IMG/VR virus record: IMGVR_UViG_3300020057_000496
Location: 64,001-128,000 of that record
Strand: one strand, 5' to 3'
Origin: a virus
DNA length: 64,000 nt
The position numbers and the translations under genes are program-made. Of this stretch, positions 47,121-56,434 are shown in pieces (the first letter of the stretch is position 1; each line of letters starts with the position of its first letter). The notes under the pieces are model-generated. The model was not told the DNA's origin, made no database searches, and saw only the letters and a list, made by a program, of their open reading frames with translations.

Positions 47121-47192
47121 GTCGGACCGGCAGGAGTTAAACCTGCGTCCTGGGAGCGACCCAGTGCTCTGGTCGCTAGAGCTACGGTCCGA
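47121..47192 (-). tRNA. Atypical tRNA-like gene (5-nt anticodon loop)
   Basis: CGGACCG-TAGCTC...GAGC-A-CTGGG TCGCT CCCAG...GCAGGTTTAACTCCTGC-CGGTCCG. Confidence 0.5.
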
Positions 47193-47195
47193 AAA

Positions 47196-47269
47196 GCTGG
47201 CAGGGCACGACTTGAACGTGCATTTCCTGGTAACAGGCCCAGGGTCCTTTCTTTTAGATGACCTGCCAG
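47196..47269 (-). tRNA. Atypical tRNA-like gene (8-nt anticodon loop)
   Basis: TGGCAGG...CCTGG GCCTGTTA CCAGG...GCACGTTCAAGTCGTGC-CCTGCCA. Confidence 0.5.
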
Positions 47270-47350
47270 ACAAAGCGAGGCGACACCGGCGTTTCACCGA
47301 GACCTTTCGGCCTTGTCCCTCTCTAGAACTGTAGCCTGCCGACACTCTAA

Positions 47351-47433
47351 CTTCGGCAGCATGAGTCGAACATGCACCACTTTCTTTCTTCTTTTTAAGA
47401 AAGAATCGCTCTACCGTTGAGCTATACCGGAGC
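47351..47433 (-). tRNA. tRNA-like gene with elongated AT-rich anticodon arm
   Basis: TAGCTCAACGGTAGAGC, TTCTTTCTT-AAAAAG-AAGAAAGAA, GCATGTTCGACTCATGC. Confidence 0.5.
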
Positions 47434-47520
47434 AAGGACAGATTGGCCGTTTCTTAACAGAAAGTCAACTATTTTATTTCGAACAAACAAAATAAATCAT
47501 TCGAGCTTTCGGCCACTTGT

Positions 47521-48018
47521 GTGTCAGACTGGTGTCTACCTAATTACGACTCAACAGGGGGCCATATCGCAACATACGTTTCAAGTGCAACGTCATTCTT
47601 GACGCAGACCGGGAGCCTAGCTTTTTCTAAGCTGCGGGACGGGATCAAGGTCGATGTCCTGACACAACGCGGAACCTGGAAGCCGGGCACGGTCCGGAGC
47701 GTCGGGCGTCGGCCCATGTCGGACCTTACCTTCGTAGCCTCCGACGGAGACTCGATGGTAATACAGGCGACTGCCGGGTCCAAGTGGCTCCTGGCCGACG
47801 ACAGTATTTCTTTCGTTCTGGGCCCAGGTGACTTCGTGAAATCCTTACGGCTCAAGGTCTTTACTGGGGACGAGGTTCTGTTTGTTTTAGAGAACGAAAT
47901 GTGGCAGCTCCGGGAGGTCAGCGAGCCTCGGACGCGTGACGCCTGGACCATTGAACTGGCCGAAGACTTCTTCTTCGTCGCGACCGGCAACATCGTTATC
48001 GGTGGGAGCGCCAGGTGA
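47521..48018 (+). CDS. Free-standing degenerate Hint (mini-intein-like) protein
   Basis: TSFLTQTG...VDVLTQRGTWKP...IQATAGSKWLL...GD...AWTIEL...FFVATGNIVIGG; lacks Cys1 and terminal Asn. Confidence 0.55.
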   Translation: MSDWCLPNYDSTGGHIATYVSSATSFLTQTGSLAFSKLRDGIKVDVLTQRGTWKPGTVRSVGRRPMSDLTFVASDGDSMVIQATAGSKWLLADDSISFVLGPGDFVKSLRLKVFTGDEVLFVLENEMWQLREVSEPRTRDAWTIELAEDFFFVATGNIVIGGSAR

Positions 48019-49013
48019 TTCATTCTTCCTCTTACGTTCTTACGAGCAAGGGGCTGCGGCGAGCAGGCGACATCCGTGACGCGGAGGTCGTCACGTTTGA
48101 CGAGAAGGGGGTTTCACTTACTTTAATCACCGAACCACGCCCTTTGTATAGGGAAGGCAATTTACTTACACTCGTGACCAGTGACGGCCACGAGCTTCTT
48201 TGTAGTGGCCTAATCAAAATCAAGACGCCGTTCGGGTTCATAGCGGGGACCGACCTGGCGGCAGGGGACCGCGTAAGCCTCCAGCCACGAGAGGGCAACT
48301 TTGGTGAAGCTAGCTTACTACACAACGACTGCGAGACTGGGCTCATTTTGGGACTACTAGCAAGGGGGACAGTCAGCGCCAAGGATACGCTGGCGCTTTT
48401 CGGTACCTCTTCTTTTATTGATCCTGAAGAAGCGCGGGCGGCAGTGGCCAGTCTTACGGCACTCTCTGGACCTGTAGAGTTGTTCGAAAAGAATATTGAC
48501 CAGATTGGCGGAAGTAAGCTTTTCTATTGGCTTGCCGACTACGTCAGTCACCCCGAGTTAATCCTCGACCAAGTGATTGAGCCCGTCATGAGTGGTTCGA
48601 TTGAGGCAACGCTCTGTTACCTCGCTGCGCTATTCGCGGACCCTGACCTCAAGGCAGAGCGACTGGGCGAACAGATCTCGGTTTACTCCTTGAAGACGCA
48701 CACCTTCGCTAGGCAGGTCCAGCTCTTACTACTTAATCACGGGATTCTTTCTAGTGTCCATGGAAAAGTTGTCTACATGGACATGAAATCTTTTTCTTCT
48801 TTAATTGGCAAAATCGCCAGATACGGCCGGACCTTTTCTTACAGCGACAAGCTCTGGGCGATGTTAGATCCGTTTTTCAATCAACAGCGGGCTTTCTTCT
48901 CCACTGTTAGGTCTGTTAAAACTAGTCAGATGAGTTCCGCGCCGGACTCGTCGGGAATATACGCCATATCAAGTCAACCATATATAGCTAACGGACTTAT
49001 TGTCCAGGAATAG
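48015..49013 (+). CDS. Free-standing degenerate intein-like protein (Hint + decayed LAGLIDADG)
   Basis: SYVLTSKGLRRAGDI...LVTSDGHELLC...DLAAGDRV...YLAALFAD...RQVQLLLLNHGI...YIANGLIVQE. Confidence 0.65.
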   Translation: MIHSSSYVLTSKGLRRAGDIRDAEVVTFDEKGVSLTLITEPRPLYREGNLLTLVTSDGHELLCSGLIKIKTPFGFIAGTDLAAGDRVSLQPREGNFGEASLLHNDCETGLILGLLARGTVSAKDTLALFGTSSFIDPEEARAAVASLTALSGPVELFEKNIDQIGGSKLFYWLADYVSHPELILDQVIEPVMSGSIEATLCYLAALFADPDLKAERLGEQISVYSLKTHTFARQVQLLLLNHGILSSVHGKVVYMDMKSFSSLIGKIARYGRTFSYSDKLWAMLDPFFNQQRAFFSTVRSVKTSQMSSAPDSSGIYAISSQPYIANGLIVQE

Positions 49014-49019
49014 CAACGC

Positions 49020-50942
49020 ATGTCAAATATTCTCACCGACGCTTTTCTCGCCAAGTACGCTACTAAGGCCCCACCGTTCGGTGGCTCCGGCTTGGGCCAG
49101 TTCGTTGCTAATCGTACTTACGCCCGCCTCAAGGCGGACGGAACAAAAGAGCACTGGAGGGAAACTATCGCTAGGTGCGTGAATGGTGCCCAAACGATTG
49201 GTGCAGAGTTCACCGAAGACGAAGCTATGGCGCTTTTCGATCACATGTTCAATCTGCGCGGCCTAGTTGCTGGGCGTTGCCTGTGGCAACTAGGCGTAGA
49301 TAACATGATCGAAAGATTCGGTTTTGGCAGCCTAGTGAACTGTTATTATACAAATATCGAATCGATTGATGATATTAGGTACTTATTTACTATGTTAACC
49401 TTAGGTGGCGGGGTCGGCGTAGGAATAAAGCGCGCCATGATCCACGAGTTCCCTAAAGTCAAGCATAATGTTACTATCTCGCACGAACGAACTAACGATG
49501 CCTCGTTTATAGTACCTGACAGCCGTGAGGGTTGGGCAGAACTCCTAGTCAAGACACTTGAGTCTTATTTTTTTACCGGTAAGTCATTTACATACTCGAC
49601 TATCTTAGTGCGTCCTCCTGGGTCAAAACTTGCCAGCTTTGGTGGTCGCGCCTCTGGCCCGCAAGCTTTAATTGATGGCATTAAGGATATTTGCAATCTA
49701 CTGGACGGTCGTGCTGGCAAAAAGATTCGCAGCATTGATTCTTTAGATATAGTAAATATTATTGGGCGAGTTGCCGTTGCCGGGTCTTCCCGGCGTAGCG
49801 CTATTTTAGCGATTGGCGATACGGACGATTACAGTTATTTACGCGCGAAGAACTGGGCCGCTGGTAAGATTCCGGCATGGAGGTCCCAGTCTAATAATAG
49901 CGTAGCTGCCGATAGTTACGACCAGATTGTAGAAGAGTTATGGAAGGGATATACGGGAGACTCTGAGCCGTACGGCTTAGTAAATCTAGAATTAGCAAAA
50001 AAGTACGGTCGCCTAGGCGAACTAAGACCAGATCCAAACATTGAAGGTTTTAACCCCTGCGCGGAGCAGGCACTAGAGAGTCGTGGGTGTTGCAATCTAT
50101 CTACCGTATTCCTGCCACTAATTTCGTCGCGCGACCAATTCTTTGAGGTGTCCAGATTACTCTTTAAGGTCCAAAAAGCAATCACGCGCCTACATCATGT
50201 AGACAAAGAGACCGAAGAGATTACCCACAAGACTCGTCGAGTGGGTCAGTCTATTACTGGCTGGATGCAATTAACATCAGAGCAGTTATCGTGGATTAGC
50301 CCTGCATATTCTCATCTCAGAGAATACGACAAGTCACTCTCGGCTCAATGGGGTATTAATCAATCAATTCGCATTAGTACTTGTCAACCGTCTGGAACCA
50401 TGTCCCTTTTGCCGTTCGTAACTCCGGGAGTACACCCGGCGTATGCAACTCACTTTATTCGGAGAGTCAGACTCGCTGCCGACGACAACCTCGTTCAACA
50501 GGCCAGTAAGAATGGCTACGAAGTAGAATACGAAATTCAACTTGACGGTAGTAAAAACCACAATATCTGTATCGTTAATTTCCCCTGCGAAATGCCAAGC
50601 CATGCCGTGACTAGTAATCAACTATCGGCGATTGGTCAACTAAACTGGCTCGTAAGGGTAAATACCGACTGGAGTGATTCGGCCGTCTCGTCTACCGTTT
50701 ATTACAAGCGAGAAGAACTTGAGGAAATCAAGGCTTGGTTAAGGGATAATTACGAATCTAAGATCAAGGCAGTTTCTTTTTTACTGCACCAGGACCATGG
50801 CTTTGCGCAACCACCTTACGAAGAGATCTCGCGAGAGCAGTTCACGAAGATGTCTTCTCAAATTACCAGTACTAGCTTCGACGACGAAGGATCAGAGGAA
50901 ATCGATCTAGAGTGTGCCGGCGGGCACTGTCCGATTAAATAA
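49020..50942 (+). CDS. nrdJ: Class II (adenosylcobalamin-dependent) ribonucleotide reductase, RTPR-like
   Basis: RTYAR, LVNC, DSREGW, RRSA, NPCAEQ...CNL, PSGT, C-terminal CAGGHCPIK. Confidence 0.92.
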   Translation: MSNILTDAFLAKYATKAPPFGGSGLGQFVANRTYARLKADGTKEHWRETIARCVNGAQTIGAEFTEDEAMALFDHMFNLRGLVAGRCLWQLGVDNMIERFGFGSLVNCYYTNIESIDDIRYLFTMLTLGGGVGVGIKRAMIHEFPKVKHNVTISHERTNDASFIVPDSREGWAELLVKTLESYFFTGKSFTYSTILVRPPGSKLASFGGRASGPQALIDGIKDICNLLDGRAGKKIRSIDSLDIVNIIGRVAVAGSSRRSAILAIGDTDDYSYLRAKNWAAGKIPAWRSQSNNSVAADSYDQIVEELWKGYTGDSEPYGLVNLELAKKYGRLGELRPDPNIEGFNPCAEQALESRGCCNLSTVFLPLISSRDQFFEVSRLLFKVQKAITRLHHVDKETEEITHKTRRVGQSITGWMQLTSEQLSWISPAYSHLREYDKSLSAQWGINQSIRISTCQPSGTMSLLPFVTPGVHPAYATHFIRRVRLAADDNLVQQASKNGYEVEYEIQLDGSKNHNICIVNFPCEMPSHAVTSNQLSAIGQLNWLVRVNTDWSDSAVSSTVYYKREELEEIKAWLRDNYESKIKAVSFLLHQDHGFAQPPYEEISREQFTKMSSQITSTSFDDEGSEEIDLECAGGHCPIK

Positions 50943-50979
50943 TGCTCTCCCACATTCTAACCGGCGCACGGTGTTCATA

Positions 50980-51189
50980 ATGCTATACCATATAATAACT
51001 TCATATACTTGTGGGGATTGTTATCAAAGAAATATAAGTTGGTCCGCCGAGGAGTACGAAAGAGAACAAAGAGAACCAAGTTCAACATTCACCGTCTGCA
51101 CCCACGACTCAACTGGTATACATTTCGGAGAAGAAATCTGCCCCTGGTATGCTGTAAACAAAGAGATTGATGAAGGATATGACATTTAA
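50980..51189 (+). CDS. Possible orphan MLYHIRTDY-family member (MLYHIITSY...)
   Basis: 69 aa, motif variant, Cys/His-containing. Confidence 0.5.
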   Translation: MLYHIITSYTCGDCYQRNISWSAEEYEREQREPSSTFTVCTHDSTGIHFGEEICPWYAVNKEIDEGYDI

Positions 51190-52720
51190 TAACAATAGAA
51201 TGATTAACAACTTGTACCATGATCGAGCTTACCCTGCGAAGGAGGTTTCGGCTAAGGGAACTTGCGCTTACACATTCCCTTCTTTGGCGGCTGCCGAAGA
51301 GTCCGGCAGGTCCTTCATGCTTATGCCGAAGAATAATCTGATAGTTATCGATTTCGATAGGTCGGAGCCTGCTTATAAAACTGAGCCTTACTTCATTTAC
51401 CTTGACTGGCTAAAGTCTCGCGAAGTCGCTTACTTCGAATGGAACTCCGGACGGGCCGGACACCGGCATCTCGTTGTAGCTTTCTCTACCGTTGCGTTGC
51501 AGACGGAAGCGTGGCATTACTTGAAGTCCATCAAGTTGCCGTGTCGCTGGAACCAGTACTGTCGGCCGCCGCTCGCGCCTCACAAGCACGGCCTGAATGT
51601 CGGACTTTGTGACGGAGTAACTTTAGAAGATGTAGAAAGGGTACTTTCCGTACAGTCGGACGGTGAGTTCGAATCCCCAAATCACTTGCTGAACAATACG
51701 GTGCGTGTCCTGCGTCCGGCTCCGCCTCGTGCCCTCAGTCAGGAGATGCAGGCTTTCCTTGTGTCCGGAGCCCCTGCCGAATCAGACCGTTCTTACTTCG
51801 TGACGAAGGTGGCGCTGGCACTCGTGAATTCCGGCTATTCTGATACGGACGGCGGTGCCGCACTGGCCAATCCGAAGAACGGAATCTCGGCACATATCCT
51901 TGACAAGCGGCGGGGGACGCAAGAACAGGCCCGTTACGGCCAGTTCTTCATGCGTAAGGCGCGGGTTTTCGCCCAGAAGAATCCAGTCCAGGTGGTTCGC
52001 TCCGAAGAAGAAACAGAACAAAACAGGAAACTTCTTTTCTTTATACAGAACCGTCCGTGGCCCGGACGTACCGGCTCAAGTGACTTGAGCACGCTGGAGG
52101 CACATCTTGGCTGCGCGTTGCGAGCCGGAAGCAAGCAGTACGGCCTCTCCGCAAGAGAACAGGAGCTGGAGTCCCGTCTAGCCCTAAAGACCTGCCTGAA
52201 GGCCAACCGGCGGCTTGTCGAGGCCGGCTGGCTCCGTCGGGTAAAGAAGGGGTCAGGGGACGAGGCTTCGGTCTGGGTGGTTGGCCTACCCTCCCACCTA
52301 GAGCAAGAGTACCACACTACCTTCCAAGAGAGAGATGCAAGAGAGTGTGGTAGATTAGCTCGCCCCGTAAAAAGCCCCGTATTCCGTGCCTTTCTCTCTG
52401 GCGGGTTGCGTGGACTCGGGCAGGCCGCAGGCAGGGTGATGCCTTACCTGGAGGCCGGAATCACCTCTACAGGGCTCCTGGCTCGCAAGACTGGGCTGTC
52501 CGTCTGGAGTGTCCGGCGGGCTTTGAAGATCCTTTCAGGGGTCGGGATGGTAAAGAGCACCTCGGAAGGGTTCGTTTTGGGTCGGGAAGTCCCGGAATTC
52601 CTGGAGAAGTCGGCTAACCGGAAGCTGGAGCTGATTTCAGCCAGGCACGTCCGCGAACGGGACGCCTGGAAGGCTGGCCGGGTCGCCCGGCAGATCGCGG
52701 AATACCGCCTCTGTGCCTAG
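51167..52720 (+). CDS. Hypothetical replication-protein-like (primase-like N-terminus, wHTH C-terminus)
   Basis: VIDFD...SGRAGHRH; DRS helical domain; LARKTGLSVWSVRRALKIL. Confidence 0.55.
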   Translation: MMKDMTFNNNRMINNLYHDRAYPAKEVSAKGTCAYTFPSLAAAEESGRSFMLMPKNNLIVIDFDRSEPAYKTEPYFIYLDWLKSREVAYFEWNSGRAGHRHLVVAFSTVALQTEAWHYLKSIKLPCRWNQYCRPPLAPHKHGLNVGLCDGVTLEDVERVLSVQSDGEFESPNHLLNNTVRVLRPAPPRALSQEMQAFLVSGAPAESDRSYFVTKVALALVNSGYSDTDGGAALANPKNGISAHILDKRRGTQEQARYGQFFMRKARVFAQKNPVQVVRSEEETEQNRKLLFFIQNRPWPGRTGSSDLSTLEAHLGCALRAGSKQYGLSAREQELESRLALKTCLKANRRLVEAGWLRRVKKGSGDEASVWVVGLPSHLEQEYHTTFQERDARECGRLARPVKSPVFRAFLSGGLRGLGQAAGRVMPYLEAGITSTGLLARKTGLSVWSVRRALKILSGVGMVKSTSEGFVLGREVPEFLEKSANRKLELISARHVRERDAWKAGRVARQIAEYRLCA

Positions 52721-52783
52721 AATTCTGTTGACGAACCATGCCTAGTCGTGTTAACGTGCGGATCTCTGGATAGGGGGTATGCC

Positions 52784-53098
52784 ATGGCGAAGCTGATACT
52801 TACATTACTGTGTGTTCTTCTGGCTAGTTCGGCATTTGCGTGGACCAAATGCACGACTCGTGGGGCGAACACGTACTGCGACGACGGGACCACCTTGCAC
52901 CGGACTCCGGGCGGTGGAATTGTGGATTACAAGACCGGCGAGACGCACTCGCGGTACGGGCAACACCTTTACAGTAATAAAGACGGTTCGTGGCGCGCGA
53001 AGAACGGCAAGGGGCGAGTCACGAGTAGCCTGAATCACAAGCCTCAAGTCAAGGACCGGGTCCTGGACGAGATCTTCGGCAACTCGGAGGACTGGTAG
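52784..53098 (+). CDS. Small secreted hypothetical protein
   Basis: Signal peptide ending SAFA; CTTRGANTYCDDG. Confidence 0.6.
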   Translation: MAKLILTLLCVLLASSAFAWTKCTTRGANTYCDDGTTLHRTPGGGIVDYKTGETHSRYGQHLYSNKDGSWRAKNGKGRVTSSLNHKPQVKDRVLDEIFGNSEDW

Positions 53099-53346
53099 TC
53101 GTGAGTAAAGGAACTTCCTGATTCATCGATTCTCCGGGGCGGAAACCCCGTCCTTTAGGGCCGTACAGAGCGCCACCGCAGTTTAGGAACCAATGCTTTA
53201 CTATATTCAAACTGGCGTTTGGTGTTCTCATTGCGACAACCCAGTCAACGGCATCAAGGCGAACCATATTCGGGTTTCCTGGCAGTCTTGGTTTTGCTTA
53301 TTTCAGAATCGAACAAGCGCTTGTTCGAAGTAGAGAGGGATGCGAA

Positions 53347-53589
53347 TTGAAGAATGACGGCGCGCTACCCGAACTCGGCGTTCGGGATTTGAGATTGAAA
53401 TTACGCTTGACTCAAGAGGAGTTGGCGCACGCGATAGGGGTGACGTTCTCGACGATCAATCGCTGGGAGAACGGCCATGCCAAGCCCAGTAAGCTCGCCA
53501 GGCGCGCTATCGAGCTTTTGCGGCAGACTCGCGGAATGACGGCCGCGTCGCGTCAGAGCAGTAAGTCGAGTACTACTCAATTCATTTGA
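53347..53589 (+). CDS. XRE-family HTH regulator
   Basis: LRLTQEELAHAIGVTFSTINRWENGHAKPS. Confidence 0.9.
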   Translation: MKNDGALPELGVRDLRLKLRLTQEELAHAIGVTFSTINRWENGHAKPSKLARRAIELLRQTRGMTAASRQSSKSSTTQFI

Positions 53590-53593
53590 CGCT

Positions 53594-53667
53594 GCGCCCG
53601 TAGCCCAATTGGAAGAGGCACTTCCCTCAAGAGGAAGTTAGTGTCCGTTCGAATCGGACCGGGCGTA
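53594..53667 (+). tRNA. tRNA with anticodon CAA (Leu) on a short-variable-loop, Arg-like body
   Basis: GCGCCCG-TAGCCCAATTGGAAGAGGC-A-CTTCC CTCAAGA GGAAG-TTAGT-GTCCGTTCGAATCGGAC-CGGGCGT-A. Confidence 0.8.
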
Positions 53668-53693
53668 TTCAGGAGTGGTGGGAGGCTTCAAGC

Positions 53694-54434
53694 ATGGGCA
53701 CTGTGTTCGTAGGTGATCTACATGGGCGTATCAGGACCTTACGTGAGATTGAAAAACTGGATCACTACTTTGTCTTCATGGGGGACTTCCTGGACTCGTT
53801 CACGCAGTCACGCGAGGATCAAATCGAAGTGGTCCGGGAGGTGCTACGCCTGGACGGAGAAGGCAAGGCCAGGTTCCTGCTCGGCAATCACGAATTGAGT
53901 TATGCAAACCCGGACTGGCGCTGTTCTGGCTGGAATAAGCAGACACAGCACGCCGTTGCTCCGTACCTAGATCAGCTATTGCGACGCGGCTTGAACTGGT
54001 ATTCACCGGGACCAGGAGTTCTCGTTACTCACGCCGGGGTCACGGCGCGACTCTGGCATTTGCTGACCGACTACCCGGCATTCGACACGCCAGAGGCGAA
54101 GCTCGACGAGTGCTGTTGTCAGATAAATCGTGCGAGTGGGGACGCCTATTCATGGCTATATGCGGCTGGAGCCGGTCGAGGTGGGGGCAGCCTGTTGCCA
54201 GGCCCATTTTGGTGTGACTGGAATTCCGAATTCGAACCTGTTTCCGGACTAACACAGATTGTCGGGCACACGGCAGTGGTGGAAAGTACCCGCTTCTTTA
54301 AGCAAACGACGAGACAGGGGTTGCGCCAGACCCCGAACGGAGACTGGAACATAGACTGCCTAGATCTCGATACGGCACGGACGGTATTACTGTACGAAGA
54401 AGGCGCCTTGACGCCACTTCCGCTAGGGGGCTAG
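53694..54434 (+). CDS. Calcineurin-like metallophosphoesterase
   Basis: GDLHG, GDFLD, GNHE, THAG, QIVGHT. Confidence 0.9.
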   Translation: MGTVFVGDLHGRIRTLREIEKLDHYFVFMGDFLDSFTQSREDQIEVVREVLRLDGEGKARFLLGNHELSYANPDWRCSGWNKQTQHAVAPYLDQLLRRGLNWYSPGPGVLVTHAGVTARLWHLLTDYPAFDTPEAKLDECCCQINRASGDAYSWLYAAGAGRGGGSLLPGPFWCDWNSEFEPVSGLTQIVGHTAVVESTRFFKQTTRQGLRQTPNGDWNIDCLDLDTARTVLLYEEGALTPLPLGG

Positions 54435-54694
54435 ATGGGAATCTACGACACTCTTCATGGTAAGTGTGCTCACTGTGGAGAATACTGCGAGAAACAACAG
54501 AAGCCCGGTACGTTTATCTTTTTCGATCTAGAAAGGGCAACCGGAGCAGAGCTAGCGCGATTCTGTGGCAAGAATGAATTGCTCTGTGGGATGTGCAGCG
54601 GCGTTACCGTCGTTACTATCGAAGTGGAGAAGGTGTCAGTATCTATCAGTAAAAAGGAAAAGGAAATAGCAAAGGAAATAGCAAGGGGGCAGTC

Positions 54695-55102
54695 GTGAGT
54701 ACGGCGCGCGATAAGTTAGTAGCGGAACTGGTACGGGACTGCCTAGCCGCCGGAATCGCGCCAGAGGAGACGGGTGAGGGCCTGGATACAGGGCGAATAC
54801 ACCGCAACGGGCTTCGTCGCGGCATCGTCGAGTGGTTGCGGTGGTACGACCTGGACTCAATTCTTGTCGAGTTGCCAGAGTCAGAGTCGTTGTGTGCGCC
54901 AACTGGTCACGGCTGGTGGTGGGCGCGACGCAGAACCAGTGCTCAATGGGCGGCCGTTAAGGTCTTCGTGATTAGCGATGAGACCGCCACGGAGAAGTGG
55001 ACAGTCCTGGAAGTTGGTGACAATCACGGTTATTCGTTGCACCACTATAACGCCTGGCTGCCGCTCGCCCAGCCAGTGAAGTCGAAGGATACGCCCAAGT
55101 GA
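54695..55102 (+). CDS. Hypothetical protein (MSTARDKLVAEL...KDTPK)
   Basis: Shares start/end motifs with downstream ORFs. Confidence 0.55.
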   Translation: MSTARDKLVAELVRDCLAAGIAPEETGEGLDTGRIHRNGLRRGIVEWLRWYDLDSILVELPESESLCAPTGHGWWWARRRTSAQWAAVKVFVISDETATEKWTVLEVGDNHGYSLHHYNAWLPLAQPVKSKDTPK

Positions 55103-55274
55103 GGAAAATGCGGCCGCTTGCAAGTTGCGTCAATGGTTGCCAAGCCGTGCCGCAACTTCCATCGCTCGTGCTTTGCGCGTCGTGCCTGGCAGGCTTGACG
55201 CGCAAGTTCAACGCATTAGCGGATTTGTTTGCGGCCAGGGGTCGCGCGCTAGCGAAGCCGAAGGAGATTTCCAA

Positions 55275-55526
55275 GTGAGCACGACCGACGACCTGCTGCG
55301 CGCCGTCGCGATTCGCATCATGAACGAGTGCTACCTTGCCTTGCGATCGGGTTCGAGTTGTCGGACCCCCGACATGCAGGCGTGGCAGCGCATCACCGAG
55401 CGCGTCGGGAACCACCTCGAAGCCTTGATCGAGGACGTCAAGGCCGAGCGTGCCTTCTGGGGCTTGCCATCTGGCGATTGCGCCGCGCTCGACAAGGCTG
55501 CGGAGCCGAAGGATACGCCAAAGTGA
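55275..55526 (+). CDS. MSTxDELLRAV-family small protein
   Basis: GTG start after gaaggag; ends KDTPK. Confidence 0.6.
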   Translation: MSTTDDLLRAVAIRIMNECYLALRSGSSCRTPDMQAWQRITERVGNHLEALIEDVKAERAFWGLPSGDCAALDKAAEPKDTPK

Positions 55527-55804
55527 GCACACGCGATGAACTGCTGCGCGCCGTCGGGGAGGCGGTGCGCGATAAGTGTCGCGTCGCCAAGGGTGACGCA
55601 TACGGGGTCGGAAACTCCGATCTCGACGCTATTATCGCCCGCGTCAAGTCAGAATACGCCCAGCGCGAGCCAGATAGCGCGAGCGAGGTGGTTTCGCTTC
55701 GTGCAGAGGTGGCACGCTTGAAAGCAGACGTGCGGGCAGCGCGGGAGTTAAGCGCCGAGATCCGAGTTATTCGCCGCGCTCGACAAGACTGCGGCCGGGG
55801 ATAA
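55523..55804 (+). CDS. MSTxDELLRAV-family small protein
   Basis: GTG overlapping previous stop. Confidence 0.6.
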   Translation: MSTRDELLRAVGEAVRDKCRVAKGDAYGVGNSDLDAIIARVKSEYAQREPDSASEVVSLRAEVARLKADVRAARELSAEIRVIRRARQDCGRG

Positions 55805-55819
55805 AAAGGAGACGCCCAA

Positions 55820-56263
55820 GTGAGCACACGCGATGAACTGCTGCGCGCCGTCGGGGAGGCGGTGCGCGATAAGTGTCGCTTCTGGTCTGGCTTTCCAGCG
55901 GCCACGAAGGCTGAACCCCACGGCGTCGTTTCTCACGAGGCTAGAAGTGCCGACGTCACAGGATCGGCGCCGAGCCCCGTGGTGGCGACCACGGCGACTG
56001 AGAAGGACGATGCCATGCCGCCTCCGAACTACGAGCGTCGGCTCACATACCGATTCCTCACGCTGCCATTCCGCCACCAGATAACCGTCGCCAAGAACCT
56101 CGACGTACTCACCGACGCCGATCGGGCGCTCAGCGACGGGGCGCTCTTGCGTGTCCTGTTCAAGCGTGCCGCCGAAAAGAGCCTCCTCGGGAAGCTCTGG
56201 GCCGAGACGGAGAAGCTTCACGACGATCCGGCGGACTTCAACCCTTTCGAAACCTCAAAGTAG
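55820..56263 (+). CDS. Fusion of MSTRDELLRAV N-terminus with GAAD-like (GTPase-associated adaptor) domain
   Basis: First 20 aa identical to 55523; RRLTYRFLTLPFRHQITVAKNLDVL...LFKRAAEKSLLGKLWAE. Confidence 0.55.
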   Translation: MSTRDELLRAVGEAVRDKCRFWSGFPAATKAEPHGVVSHEARSADVTGSAPSPVVATTATEKDDAMPPPNYERRLTYRFLTLPFRHQITVAKNLDVLTDADRALSDGALLRVLFKRAAEKSLLGKLWAETEKLHDDPADFNPFETSK

Positions 56264-56357
56264 ACGGGAGCAGAGCACATGCACAAGAACTTTGGCGAAC
56301 GGTATCGGCAAGTCTCGATCCGCCGCTGATGATCTGGCGGAGGAGCAAGGTGCCCGA

Positions 56358-56434
56358 GTAACGTCTTCCCCGGCCTAAAGGCTGGGGCTTTCCGGACTGA
56401 AGTCCGGGGTCTCCGCCGAGAGGATTTCAGATGA
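56358..56434 (+). mobile_element. IS200/IS605-end-like hairpin element, homologous to 12333-12421
   Basis: taacgtcttccccggcctaaaggctggggctttcc...ggtctccgccgagaggatttcagatga. Confidence 0.6.
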
